Shown here: one piece after another, positions 17,261-26,159 of the stretch | Numbering within the stretch: the first letter of the stretch is position 1 | Layout of the letters: each line of letters starts with the position of its first letter | Assembly (NCBI GenBank): GCA_963663995.1 | Contig: OY760660.1 | Span: forward strand, 1,680,001-1,712,000 | Origin: Erysipelotrichaceae bacterium | GTDB lineage: Bacteria > Bacillota_I > Bacilli_A > Erysipelotrichales > Erysipelotrichaceae | Direction: 5' to 3' | DNA: 32,000 bases | Program-made: the position numbers and the translations under genes | The notes under the pieces: model-generated | What the model was told of the DNA's origin: nothing | The model's input: only the letters and a program-made list of their open reading frames with translations | Database searches by the model: none

Positions 17261-18235
17261 TTAAACTTCAAGGTAGCTTGCGCCCCAGGCTAAACCTGCG
17301 CCAAAGCCAACCAAGATAACTTTCTGTCCTTTCTTTAGGACTCCTTTTTCCTTCATCTCTGCAAGTGCAATCGGAATGGTTGCACTAGATGTATTTCCAT
17401 ATTCTTGTAGATTGGTATAAAACTTCTTTTCATCAAAGCCCATCTTTTTAGCGACATGGCTTAAGATTCTTAGGTTAGCTTGATGAGGAATAATCCAATC
17501 AATATCATCAAGTGTTTTGTTAGCTTGAGATAAGACTTGATTTATCGCGTCATTCATCGCCACAACTGCAAATCTAAAGACAGGTTGTCCCTTCATACGA
17601 AGGTAGCCAAAATTAGCGGGATGATTTTGAATGCTAGCATTTAAAGGAATCTTATCGGTGGTTAGTACACCTTCAACATCACCCTTTGAATTGGCATAGT
17701 GATACCATTCACTAGCTTCATCATCTTTTTGTAGAATCATTGCACCTGCACCATCTCCAAAGAGAACACAGGTACCACGATCTTCATAATCTAATATTTT
17801 ACTTAAGGTTTCAGCCCCAATAATTAAGGCTGTTTTTATCATGCCTGAATGTATAAGAGCGTGTGCAGTTTGTAGGGTTAAGACAAAGCCCGTACATGCA
17901 CCATTAATGTCATAAGCCATCATTTGCTTATCGTTAACACCTAAACCTGCTTGAACAAGACCAGCTGTTGAGGGCATTTGGCCATCAGCAGAGAAGGTTG
18001 CGACAAGAATGGCATCAAGCTCATGAGCATCTAATTGAGCATCTTCTAAAGCTTTTTTGGCTGCTCTAATGGCCAGATCAGATGTATTTTCATTGATGGA
18101 GAAATAACGGCTTTGAATACCCGTTCTTTCTTGTATCCATTCATCTGAAGTATCAATAAACTTTGCCATATCATTGTTTGTGACTAAGTTATCAGGGTGA
18201 GCTAAACCATATCCTAAGACTTTTAAGCCTCTCAT
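17261..18235 (-). CDS. fabH: 3-oxoacyl-ACP synthase III
   Basis: 324 aa. It has the KAS III catalytic Cys (INGACTGF), the H/N motifs (IPHQANLRI; GNTSSATIP) and GFGAGLAWG. Confidence 0.93.
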   Translation of the reverse strand: MRGLKVLGYGLAHPDNLVTNNDMAKFIDTSDEWIQERTGIQSRYFSINENTSDLAIRAAKKALEDAQLDAHELDAILVATFSADGQMPSTAGLVQAGLGVNDKQMMAYDINGACTGFVLTLQTAHALIHSGMIKTALIIGAETLSKILDYEDRGTCVLFGDGAGAMILQKDDEASEWYHYANSKGDVEGVLTTDKIPLNASIQNHPANFGYLRMKGQPVFRFAVVAMNDAINQVLSQANKTLDDIDWIIPHQANLRILSHVAKKMGFDEKKFYTNLQEYGNTSSATIPIALAEMKEKGVLKKGQKVILVGFGAGLAWGASYLEV

Positions 18236-19029
18236 ATGCGTTTGCCTACTTTACGATATTTATCATAACGATGATTAATTAAATTCGCTGTTGATAATTT
18301 ATTTAACTCAGCTAAATCTTTTCTAAGTAATGCTTTTATTTGGTCAATACTAGGTTTTGGATTATCACCCAAACCTTCTTCAGCTTCATTAATGATTTGA
18401 TCGATTAGACCTTTTTTATCTAAGTCGTAAGCTGTACATTCCATTAACTCTGCTGCTTCTTGAGCACGATTGCCATCTTTCCATAGGATAGATGCAAAAC
18501 CTTCTGGAGATAAAATGGAATAAATCGCATTTTCAAACATATAAATACGATCAGCCACAGATAAAGCTAGAGCGCCACCAGAACAACCTTCAGATAAAAC
18601 AATTGCGATAACTGGTGTTTTTAAACTTGAGAAGAAACGTAAACTTTCTGCAATTGCTTGAGCTTGTCCTCTCTCTTCTGCACCTTTACCAGGATAAGCA
18701 CCAGCTGTATCGATAATTGTAATAATCGGGCGATTGAACTTCTCTGCTTGTTTAGCCAATCGCATTGCTTTACGATAACCTTCTGGATTCAACATCCCGA
18801 AGTTTCTTACCATATTTTCCTCTAAGTTACGACCTTTAGATTGAGCAAGGACCGTCACAGCTTGACCTTCAAAGTTAGCGAGTCCAGCTAAGAGGGCTTT
18901 ATCGTCCCCAAAGAATCGATCACCTGATAATTCAAAGAAATCGTCAAAGAGTAAAGGAACGAGATCTAATGATTTGAGACGATTGGTTTTACGAGCTTCT
19001 AAAACTCGATCCCATGCGCTTTTAGTCAT
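18232..19029 (-). CDS. accA: Acetyl-CoA carboxylase carboxyltransferase alpha subunit
   Basis: 265 aa, the short Firmicute type, with PIITIIDTAGAYPG…AEERGQ…SEGCSGGALA. Confidence 0.9.
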   Translation of the reverse strand: MTKSAWDRVLEARKTNRLKSLDLVPLLFDDFFELSGDRFFGDDKALLAGLANFEGQAVTVLAQSKGRNLEENMVRNFGMLNPEGYRKAMRLAKQAEKFNRPIITIIDTAGAYPGKGAEERGQAQAIAESLRFFSSLKTPVIAIVLSEGCSGGALALSVADRIYMFENAIYSILSPEGFASILWKDGNRAQEAAELMECTAYDLDKKGLIDQIINEAEEGLGDNPKPSIDQIKALLRKDLAELNKLSTANLINHRYDKYRKVGKRI

Positions 19030-19030
19030 A

Positions 19031-19903
19031 CTATTTCGCTCCTTTCGTATGCATTTTGATTAATTGTGATAATACTTTACGATGATCTTTTCGATCAACA
19101 ATCGCATCTACAAAACCTTTTTCTAAAACAAACTCAGCACTTTGAAAGTTTTCTGGTAATTGTTCAGAAATGGTTTTTTCTATAACACGTCGTCCAGCAA
19201 ATCCAACTAAAGCTTTTGGTTCAGCTAAGATAATGTCACCTAACATCGCAAAGGATGCAGAAACACCACCAGTTGTAGGATGAGTTAAGACAACTGTATA
19301 GAAACCGCCTTTTTGAGAAAATTTTTCTAATGCAGCAGATGTTTTAACCATTTGGAAAAGGGACATAATACCTTCTTGCATACGGGCACCACCTGATGCG
19401 GTAAATATCACAAGCGGTATTTTTTTGCGGGTCGCTAGTTCAATGAGTCGAGTGATTTTTTCACCAACCACTTGACCCATAGATCCCATCATAAAAGATG
19501 GATCCATCACGGCAACGGCAAGTCTTTGGTCATCGATTTTACCAAAGCCAGTCACTACAGCTTCATTTAAACCACTGTCTTTTGTATAACGAGCTAATTT
19601 AAGGTTGTAGTCAGGAAACTGATTTATACCTTTTGAATGAGCTCGTGGATAAATTTCTTTAAAACTTTTCTCATCGAGTAATGTTTCTAAACGATTATAG
19701 GCACTTACTCTAAAGTGATGATGACAACTAGGACATGTATAAACATGTTTCGCTAAATCAGTTGAAGGAATAGGATATTGACATTCAGGACAAACCTCAA
19801 CATTCAATTCGTTTTCATTGACTTCTTTTTCTTTACCTTTACGTTCAAAAAGCTTTTGAAAGAGATTTAGTTTTTGTCTACGTTTCTGAAAGGGTTGATT
19901 CAC
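19031..19903 (-). CDS. accD: Acetyl-CoA carboxylase carboxyltransferase beta subunit
   Basis: 290 aa with an N-terminal zinc ribbon (CPECQ…CPSCHHH) and a GGARMQEG motif. It starts at GTG, with GAGGAG 10 nt upstream, and overlaps the accC 3' end by 26 nt. Confidence 0.9.
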   Translation of the reverse strand: MNQPFQKRRQKLNLFQKLFERKGKEKEVNENELNVEVCPECQYPIPSTDLAKHVYTCPSCHHHFRVSAYNRLETLLDEKSFKEIYPRAHSKGINQFPDYNLKLARYTKDSGLNEAVVTGFGKIDDQRLAVAVMDPSFMMGSMGQVVGEKITRLIELATRKKIPLVIFTASGGARMQEGIMSLFQMVKTSAALEKFSQKGGFYTVVLTHPTTGGVSASFAMLGDIILAEPKALVGFAGRRVIEKTISEQLPENFQSAEFVLEKGFVDAIVDRKDHRKVLSQLIKMHTKGAK

Positions 19904-21254
19904 GTTGTTTTAACTCCTCGATCCAGCCAGCTGCAAAATCTGTGGTATAGCGACCACCGATAAAGCCTGGTGAATGCATGGTGAAGTAACAAAACTCCAC
20001 GTTATTTTCAATCCCCTCTATGATGAATTCTTCAAGAGCTGAACGCATCTTTTTAATCGCATTCAATCTTGTATCACCCATAACGATTAACTTAGCAATC
20101 ATTGAGTCATAGAAAGGAGGTAATTTATAACCGGTATAAATGGCAGAGTCCACACGGACATCTTTACCACCTGGCATATGTGAGAAAGATATTTGACCAG
20201 CTGATGGTTTGAAATCATTTCTAAAATCTTCAGCATTAATACGACATTCAATCGCATGGCCTAAAATCTTTATATCTTCTTGTTTAAGTGAGAGATGCAA
20301 ACCAGAAGCCACTTTAATCATGTTTTTGATTAAATCTACACCGGTAATCATTTCAGTAACTGGGTGTTCAACTTGGATTCTTGTGTTCATCTCCATAAAG
20401 TGATGTTGACCCTCTGCATCCATTAAGAATTCAACGGTACCAACACTGTCATAACCAACTGCTTCTGCAGCTATTACAGCATCACGACAGATTTCATCAC
20501 GTTTTTGAGCACTGAGCATATGACATGGTGCTTCTTCAATGACTTTTTGATGACGTCTTTGGAAGGAACAGTCCCTTTCATATAAATGAAGGACGTTACC
20601 ATGCTTATCAGCAAGTATTTGGACTTCGATATGTTTAGCAGCTCCATGCATCTTTTCGATGTATAGACCATCATCACCAAAGTAATTTTGAGCTTCTTGT
20701 TTAAGAATAGGGTATGCATCCTTAAAGCCTTGTTCATCATCAATACGACGAATTCCTCGACCGCCACCACCAGCAGCCGCTTTTAGCATAATCGGATAAC
20801 CTACTTCTTTAGCTTGCGCTAAACCTTCTTCCATTGATTGTAATAACTCAATCGAACCAGCAATAATAGGAACATTGGCTTTATGCATAATTTGACGAGC
20901 ATTAATTTTATTACCCATCATTTCAATAACTTTTGAGCTAGGGCCAATCCAGATTAATCCCATATCTTCGACTAATCGTGCGAAGTGAGCATTTTCAGAT
21001 AGAAATCCGAAACCTGGATGAATGGCATCACAGCCACTTAAATGAGCGGCTGTGAGTATATTATTCATATTTAAATAAGAATCTTTGGATAAAGCAGAAC
21101 CTACACAATAGGCTTCATCCGCCAATTGAACATGTAAAGAATCACGGTCAGCTTCGGAATAAATCGCGACAGCTTTAATCCCTATATCTTTACAAGCTCG
21201 AATGATACGGACTGCAATTTCTCCACGATTCGCAATCAGTATTTTATGGATCAT
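19878..21254 (-). CDS. accC: Acetyl-CoA carboxylase biotin carboxylase subunit
   Basis: It has an ATP-grasp fold with KILIANRGEIA, GYPIMLKAAAGGGGRGIR and EMNTRIQVEH. ATG 21254 (458 aa) is preceded by GGAGCG and lies 1 nt after the accB stop. The track start at 21272 would overlap accB. Confidence 0.95.
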   Translation of the reverse strand: MIHKILIANRGEIAVRIIRACKDIGIKAVAIYSEADRDSLHVQLADEAYCVGSALSKDSYLNMNNILTAAHLSGCDAIHPGFGFLSENAHFARLVEDMGLIWIGPSSKVIEMMGNKINARQIMHKANVPIIAGSIELLQSMEEGLAQAKEVGYPIMLKAAAGGGGRGIRRIDDEQGFKDAYPILKQEAQNYFGDDGLYIEKMHGAAKHIEVQILADKHGNVLHLYERDCSFQRRHQKVIEEAPCHMLSAQKRDEICRDAVIAAEAVGYDSVGTVEFLMDAEGQHHFMEMNTRIQVEHPVTEMITGVDLIKNMIKVASGLHLSLKQEDIKILGHAIECRINAEDFRNDFKPSAGQISFSHMPGGKDVRVDSAIYTGYKLPPFYDSMIAKLIVMGDTRLNAIKKMRSALEEFIIEGIENNVEFCYFTMHSPGFIGGRYTTDFAAGWIEELKQRESTLSET

Positions 21255-21255
21255 A

Positions 21256-21693
21256 TTACGCTCCAAGTTCAATCAAGCGTTGATTGAACTCAACCATGCC
21301 ACCATTATCAACAAGAATTGCTTTAACGGTTCCATCACATGGTGCTTTAATTTCATTCATGACTTTCATGGCTTCAACTAAGCAAACAACTTCACCTTTT
21401 TTAACAAATTTTCCAACTTCAACATAGGCTTTAGCTTGTGGATTTGGAGCTGTGTAAAAAGTTCCTACAAGAGGGGCTGTTACATAGTTTGAATCATCTT
21501 CAACACTGACAACAGGGGCTGTACTATTAGCAGTTGCGACAACTGAAGGTTGTGCAGCTGCAACTTGTGTAATCACTTGTTGAGTGTTTTCTTTCTTTAA
21601 TAAGACACGATGACCATCTTCTTCAATTTCAAGTTCATGAACACCACTTTTTTCAAAAACGGCAATTAATTTTTTGAGTTCTATTAGATCCAT
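21256..21693 (-). CDS. accB: Biotin carboxyl carrier protein
   Basis: 145 aa with an Ala/Pro/Val-rich linker and the biotinylation motif VEAMKVMNEI. Confidence 0.93.
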   Translation of the reverse strand: MDLIELKKLIAVFEKSGVHELEIEEDGHRVLLKKENTQQVITQVAAAQPSVVATANSTAPVVSVEDDSNYVTAPLVGTFYTAPNPQAKAYVEVGKFVKKGEVVCLVEAMKVMNEIKAPCDGTVKAILVDNGGMVEFNQRLIELGA

Positions 21694-21733
21694 AAAATCC
21701 TCCTTAATCTAAATGTAACTTACTAAATGAAAC

Positions 21734-21961
21734 TTAAGCTTTTTTAGCAGTAACGATATCAACGATATCTTGAACAGTTACTAGATTAACGAGTTCTTCG
21801 TCTTCAATGCGAACATCAAATTCTGTTTCAAGTTCTAATGCAAGTTCAACAGCTGATAAAGAATCGATATCTAAATCTTCACGGATTTTTGCTTCAGGTG
21901 TAACTGCAGCTGGATCTACGTGAATCGCATTCACTAAAACATTTTTAATTTGTTCAAACAT
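21734..21961 (-). CDS. acpP: Acyl carrier protein
   Basis: 75 aa, acidic, with the phosphopantetheine attachment motif DLDIDSLSAVEL. AAGGAG RBS. It is the first gene of the operon. Confidence 0.93.
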   Translation of the reverse strand: MFEQIKNVLVNAIHVDPAAVTPEAKIREDLDIDSLSAVELALELETEFDVRIEDEELVNLVTVQDIVDIVTAKKA

Positions 21962-22029
21962 AAATATTCTCCTTACGCTTTTAGCGTTTAGCCCATAGGC
22001 ACATAGGTAGTTTATTAAGATGTATAAGC

Positions 22030-22043
22030 ATCAACAAGTTGAT
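22030..22043. promoter_or_regulatory. Perfect 14-bp palindrome in the acpP/birA divergent intergenic region (candidate operator)
   Basis: ATCAACAAGTTGAT (arms ATCAAC/GTTGAT) lies about 70 bp upstream of the acpP ATG. On the minus strand it is flanked by TTCACA and TATACA hexamers. No cognate regulator was identified. Confidence 0.3.
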
Positions 22044-22129
22044 ATTGTGAAAAACATGTGAAATGCATCATTTTTTAATGTGTTAGTGCTTACATGAATA
22101 AAAAAAACGAAATAAGTTGTGAAAAATAC

Positions 22130-22138
22130 TGGTATAAT
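22130..22138 (+). promoter_or_regulatory. Extended -10 promoter element (TGgTATAAT) for birA
   Basis: TGGTATAAT lies at 22130-22138. The hexamer ends 7 nt before ATG 22146, and no SD lies in between. It sits inside the ORF-track extension that starts at GTG 22119. Confidence 0.45.
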
Positions 22139-22145
22139 TTCACAA

Positions 22146-22928
22146 ATGAGTAAAGATAAAATGATCTTATTAAATGAAAAATACTTGAATTCTAAATGTT
22201 TAAAGTTAGGTTATTCGATTCATGTTGTCGAATCGATTGAGAGTACCAATACTAAATTAAAAAATGATTTAGAATCACTTCCACATAAAACTGTCTTAAT
22301 CGCTGAGGAACAAACTTTTGGACGCGGAAGACAAAATAGACAATTTATTTCAAATAAAAGCAAAGGGATTTTTTGTTCACTTGTTTGGAAATTGAAATTC
22401 GATCCTAAACAGGTACAATGGTTTTCATTGATGACATCGGTTGCGCTTGTAGAAGCTTTGATTAATAAGACAAACTTAAAGTTTCAAATTAAGTGGCCAA
22501 ATGACATTTTATTAAATCAAAAGAAATGTGCAGGCATTTTAATGGAGAGCGAAATTAGCCCAGACCACCAAGAAATAAGCATAGTCTGTGGTTTTGGGAT
22601 TAATGTTTATCATCAAGATTTTGCAGATGAATTAAAAGAAAAAGTCATCAGTATCGAAGATGCTTATCCATTTGCTTTAGATCGAAATGAAATTATTATT
22701 GAAATATTGAAACAATTAGATTTCTATCAAACATGTCCTTTTAATGAACAATCCAAGGAAAACTATAATAACTATTTATATATACCGGAGCATTTTGTGA
22801 ATATCCAACATCAAAAACAACTGTACAAAGCTAAATTATTGGGTATTGATGATGAAGGATATATGCAAGCAGTAAAAGAAAACGGTGAAACTATATGTCT
22901 CACCGTTGAAGAAATTCATTTTGTTTGA
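22146..22928 (+). CDS. birA: Biotin--[acetyl-CoA-carboxylase] ligase, class I (no N-terminal DNA-binding domain)
   Basis: The BPL core motifs are present: VESIESTN, AEEQTFGRGRQNRQF, IKWPNDILLNQKKCAGIL. Only about 30 residues precede the catalytic core, too few for a wHTH domain. I chose the start at ATG 22146 (260 aa). GTG 22119 is possible but would contain the promoter-like element. Confidence 0.85.
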   Translation: MSKDKMILLNEKYLNSKCLKLGYSIHVVESIESTNTKLKNDLESLPHKTVLIAEEQTFGRGRQNRQFISNKSKGIFCSLVWKLKFDPKQVQWFSLMTSVALVEALINKTNLKFQIKWPNDILLNQKKCAGILMESEISPDHQEISIVCGFGINVYHQDFADELKEKVISIEDAYPFALDRNEIIIEILKQLDFYQTCPFNEQSKENYNNYLYIPEHFVNIQHQKQLYKAKLLGIDDEGYMQAVKENGETICLTVEEIHFV

Positions 22929-23845
22929 TGTTTACTAACATCTTCTAGGATGCGCTCATAGAAGTAACCTTCACGCACACCATAAGAGGATAATCTAAAA
23001 CTTTCAGCATGTATTTTTTTCATAATTTCAAATAAAATCATTGAACCAGGTACAAGTGTGGTTAAACGTTCAGGTATATGATTAACAATTAATTGTGCTA
23101 AAGCTTTTGGGTCAGTGCTTGCTGAATCCATAAAAGCCTTTACGATGTCTGCAGACATCTGCATATCAAATATTGATTGTTGAATATCATATTTAGCTTG
23201 ATGAACTCGCATTAATGCACGAGCAGATCCACCAATTCCAAACATGGTTTCGACTTTTACATTATCTAACCATTCTATTTGATTTAGGATATTTTGTATC
23301 TCAATTCGCATCAACATCATTTCACCATTACTTGGCATAATTTCTTGAACATGGTTGATATACATATTTAAACTACCCATTGGAATAGAGATAGTATGAA
23401 CCGCTTTATCATGTTTAAAATAGGTGATTTCTGTAGAGGCACCGCCTACATCAACGCTAACCCCTTCAAGTGGTAGTTCGATGTTTCTCTTTAATCCTTC
23501 AAAACCATAAATGCTTTCTTGTTTAGCATCTAAGACATCAATTTTATGTTGAATGGCTTCTTCAATTTGAATTTTGACAGAATCGGAGTTTTGAATATTA
23601 CGAATTGATGCAGTCGCAAAGATATGTAGTTCAACAACATCTTTAGTTCTTGCGATCATCATTAATTCTTTTAAGTGTTCAACAATTGTCTCAACACCAA
23701 TTTTTGACATGCGTCCATCTTCGATATATTTAGCACTTCGAGTTTGTTTTTTTATATTCGTCGTTTTCTCTAGTTTTTGTCCATCCCAGGTATAGACAAC
23801 TAGACGAATAGTGTTAGAGCCTAAGTCAATTATTCCAATACGCAT
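22916..23845 (-). CDS. Ppx/GppA family phosphatase (exopolyphosphatase / pppGpp phosphohydrolase type)
   Basis: It has the ASKHA-fold phosphate-binding motifs IGIIDLGSNTIRLVVY and VDVGGASTEI. ATG 23845 (309 aa) is preceded by GAGGAA 5 nt upstream. The track start at 23893 adds 16 unlikely residues. Confidence 0.85.
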   Translation of the reverse strand: MRIGIIDLGSNTIRLVVYTWDGQKLEKTTNIKKQTRSAKYIEDGRMSKIGVETIVEHLKELMMIARTKDVVELHIFATASIRNIQNSDSVKIQIEEAIQHKIDVLDAKQESIYGFEGLKRNIELPLEGVSVDVGGASTEITYFKHDKAVHTISIPMGSLNMYINHVQEIMPSNGEMMLMRIEIQNILNQIEWLDNVKVETMFGIGGSARALMRVHQAKYDIQQSIFDMQMSADIVKAFMDSASTDPKALAQLIVNHIPERLTTLVPGSMILFEIMKKIHAESFRLSSYGVREGYFYERILEDVSKHQTK

Positions 23846-23943
23846 AAGAATTCCTCGATTCATCTTCCATAAAAAATAGGTGAGTAATTTCATTTTATTA
23901 CAGATTATTTAAAAAAACGTAAAAATATGCTTACAATAGAAAT

Positions 23944-24924
23944 GTGATAAATATAAAAGAAATTGCGAAAAAGGCAAATGTTGGCGTTGGAACCGTTTCC
24001 AGGGTTATAAATAATTCAGGTTACGTTTCCCAAAAAACGCGAGAAAAAGTAGAACGGGTTATTGCAGATACAGGTTATCATTCAAATGAAATAGCTCGCA
24101 GTATGAGTACTCAACACAATAATATCGTGGCTTTTCTTCTGCCAAATTCAACCCATTACTTTTTTGGAAGTTTAATTCATGAAGTTGAACAAGAACTTTA
24201 TCGTAATGGCTATCATTTGATGTTATGTCAATCTTCCGAACAACTTGAAAAAGAAATTATCTATATAGATCTTCTTAAGAAAAGAAGAGTTGATGGGATT
24301 ATCTTACTTTCAAATAATGATATTGAATCTTATTTAAATGAAAAAATGCCGATTGTGACATTCGATCGTAAATTTGATTTTTTACCCTATGTTGCTTCAA
24401 ACAACTATCAAGGTGGTGTGCTTGCGGCGCAACGTTTGATAAAACAAGGCTGTAAGAACTTTGCCTTTGTTGGAGATGATGCTCAAGGAGAACACACAAC
24501 AGTTCAAACGGATGTTAGTAATCGGCGTCTTGGTTTTATGGAAGAGTTAAAAAGACAAGGGATCGAAAACATTTTAAATATTGAATATCCACTAGGGGAT
24601 TATAATTATGTGCCAGAGTATGTTTACGATACGGTTTTGCAACATACAGAATTAGATGGGATTTTTTGTAATAATGACAATATTGCTTCAGAACTCGTTA
24701 TGCACTTAGAAAGCAAAAATAGAATAGTTCCCAAAGATGTGAAAGTCATTGGTTTTGATGGGGGAGCATATGGCTTTAATTTGGGACGTAGCATAACCTC
24801 AGTTGTCCAAGACACACATGAGCTTTCTATTGCCTTGGTTGCTAGCTTAATTGATCTTATCAAGTACCATAAAACCACTAATAAAATAGTGCCAGTAACA
24901 TTATCGGATGGAGAGACTGGCTAA
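23944..24924 (+). CDS. LacI/GalR family transcriptional regulator
   Basis: 326 aa. An N-terminal HTH (IKEIAKKANVGVGTVSRVINNSGYVSQKTREKV) is followed by a periplasmic-binding-protein-like sugar-binding core. The start is GTG with no SD, 7 nt after a TACAAT hexamer. Confidence 0.88.
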   Translation: MINIKEIAKKANVGVGTVSRVINNSGYVSQKTREKVERVIADTGYHSNEIARSMSTQHNNIVAFLLPNSTHYFFGSLIHEVEQELYRNGYHLMLCQSSEQLEKEIIYIDLLKKRRVDGIILLSNNDIESYLNEKMPIVTFDRKFDFLPYVASNNYQGGVLAAQRLIKQGCKNFAFVGDDAQGEHTTVQTDVSNRRLGFMEELKRQGIENILNIEYPLGDYNYVPEYVYDTVLQHTELDGIFCNNDNIASELVMHLESKNRIVPKDVKVIGFDGGAYGFNLGRSITSVVQDTHELSIALVASLIDLIKYHKTTNKIVPVTLSDGETG

Positions 24925-24942
24925 ATTTTAGTATATTTAGTG

Positions 24943-24971
24943 TTGACAGCGCTTTCACTTTGATTCATAAT
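24943..24971 (+). promoter_or_regulatory. Sigma-A type promoter of the sugar operon with overlapping cre-like box
   Basis: TTGACA (24943-24948), a 17-nt spacer, then CATAAT (24966-24971). TTGACAGCGCTTTCA (24943-24957) matches the cre consensus WTGNAANCGNWNNCW at all but one position. Confidence 0.6.
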
Positions 24972-25022
24972 CACATTGTAAGGTTAAAGATAGAGACTTG
25001 TTCTCTATTTTATAGCCAATCG

Positions 25023-25040
25023 TATGGAAACGTTTCCATA
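25023..25040. promoter_or_regulatory. 18-bp perfect palindrome, LacI-family operator / cre site
   Basis: TATGGAAACGTTTCCATA has the central CG typical of LacI/GalR operators. Its inner 15 nt (25024-25038) fit WTGNAANCGNWNNCW perfectly. It lies between the promoter and the RBS (GAAGGGAG, 25048-25055). Confidence 0.7.
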
Positions 25041-25061
25041 AATATATGAAGGGAGTTTACG

Positions 25062-26159
25062 ATGATAGAAAGAGTATTCTTATCAATTGTTTCATTAGTC
25101 ATGTTTCTACTTACTCCGTTTGTCTCGATCTATGCTTTTGTATTTAAACGGATTACAAAGAAAGATTTCTATAACTTTGATATGACTAAGAATAGAAGCA
25201 AGGTAATGAATCATATCATTCGTCGCTGGTGGGGAATCTCAGATACGGCACAAAAAAATAGAACCTTTGCATTATTTGTAATGCCAACTCTATTTGCATT
25301 TAGCTTATTTGTTATGTTTACCTTTGCCCACGGCATTTACTTGTCTATGACAAACTGGACAGGTTTAAATACCGGAAAAGAAATCTTTACTGGTTTAGAA
25401 AACTATAAAGAGATCTTCGGTGATTATCGCTTTGCTTACTCACTCTTTAGAACAGCATCATATGCACTGATTTCAATCTTTGTGATAAATATTGTTGCCT
25501 TCTTCTTAGCGATGATGGTTACCCAAAACTTAAAACTTAAAAATTTATATCGAGCTGGTTTCTTCTTACCAAATCTTATTGGTGGATTGGTATTAGGGTA
25601 TATCTGGCAATTCGTATTCAATAAAGCAATTGTTTCTCTTGGTGGAGTATTTGCGACAAGTATCTTGATTACTGGTAATACAGCTTTAATGGGCTTAGTA
25701 ATAGTTGTTACATGGCAATATGCTGGATACATCATGATGATTTATATTGCAGCCCTGCAAAATGTTCCTCAGGATTTAATAGAAGCAAGTAAGATTGATG
25801 GCGCAAATGCATGGCAAAGACTTAAAACAGTCACAATGCCATTAGTTGCTCAAGCATTTACTGTCGCCATGTTCTTAACCCTTGTTACTTCATTTAAACA
25901 ATTTGATACCATCGTTTCATTAACACAAGGTGGTCCTGGAACTCTATTGCCTGAATGGTTAGGTCAAATGTTTGGTCTAGGAACTTTCACTCCTGTTGTC
26001 AATGCGAATGAATTAATCGCAATGAATATCTATCGTGAGGCTTTCACTAATTATCAATTAGGTGTTGGTCAAGCAAAAGCAGTTATATTCTTTGGTTTCT
26101 TAGTGGCTATTTCACTCTTACAAGTCTATTACAACAAACGTAAGGAGGTTGAACTTTAA
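25062..26159 (+). CDS. Carbohydrate ABC transporter permease (CUT1, MalF-like)
   Basis: 365 aa, multi-TM, with the EAA loop EASKIDGANAWQRLKTVTMPL and an extra N-terminal helix. Confidence 0.88.
   Translation: MIERVFLSIVSLVMFLLTPFVSIYAFVFKRITKKDFYNFDMTKNRSKVMNHIIRRWWGISDTAQKNRTFALFVMPTLFAFSLFVMFTFAHGIYLSMTNWTGLNTGKEIFTGLENYKEIFGDYRFAYSLFRTASYALISIFVINIVAFFLAMMVTQNLKLKNLYRAGFFLPNLIGGLVLGYIWQFVFNKAIVSLGGVFATSILITGNTALMGLVIVVTWQYAGYIMMIYIAALQNVPQDLIEASKIDGANAWQRLKTVTMPLVAQAFTVAMFLTLVTSFKQFDTIVSLTQGGPGTLLPEWLGQMFGLGTFTPVVNANELIAMNIYREAFTNYQLGVGQAKAVIFFGFLVAISLLQVYYNKRKEVEL

Noticed and set aside
19878-19903. The 26-nt accC/accD overlap with a GTG start as a possible frameshift or fusion remnant.
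   Set aside because: Both reading frames are complete and have intact family motifs. GAGGAG lies 10 nt upstream of the GTG. Ordinary translational coupling explains the overlap.
22300-22350. BirA biotin-binding loop reads GRGRQNRQF rather than the E. coli-type GRGRRGRKW, which might indicate a possible pseudo-enzyme.
   Set aside because: The rest of the catalytic core is intact (KWPND, the conserved Gly/Arg residues), the ORF is uninterrupted, and this loop varies among class-I ligases. The evidence for loss of function is insufficient.
22916-22928. The 13-nt convergent overlap of the birA and ppx 3' ends as a regulatory antisense arrangement.
   Set aside because: The overlap is real in the sequence (the TGA stops of both genes). 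However, short convergent overlaps are common in compact genomes, and there is no structure or motif suggesting a function.
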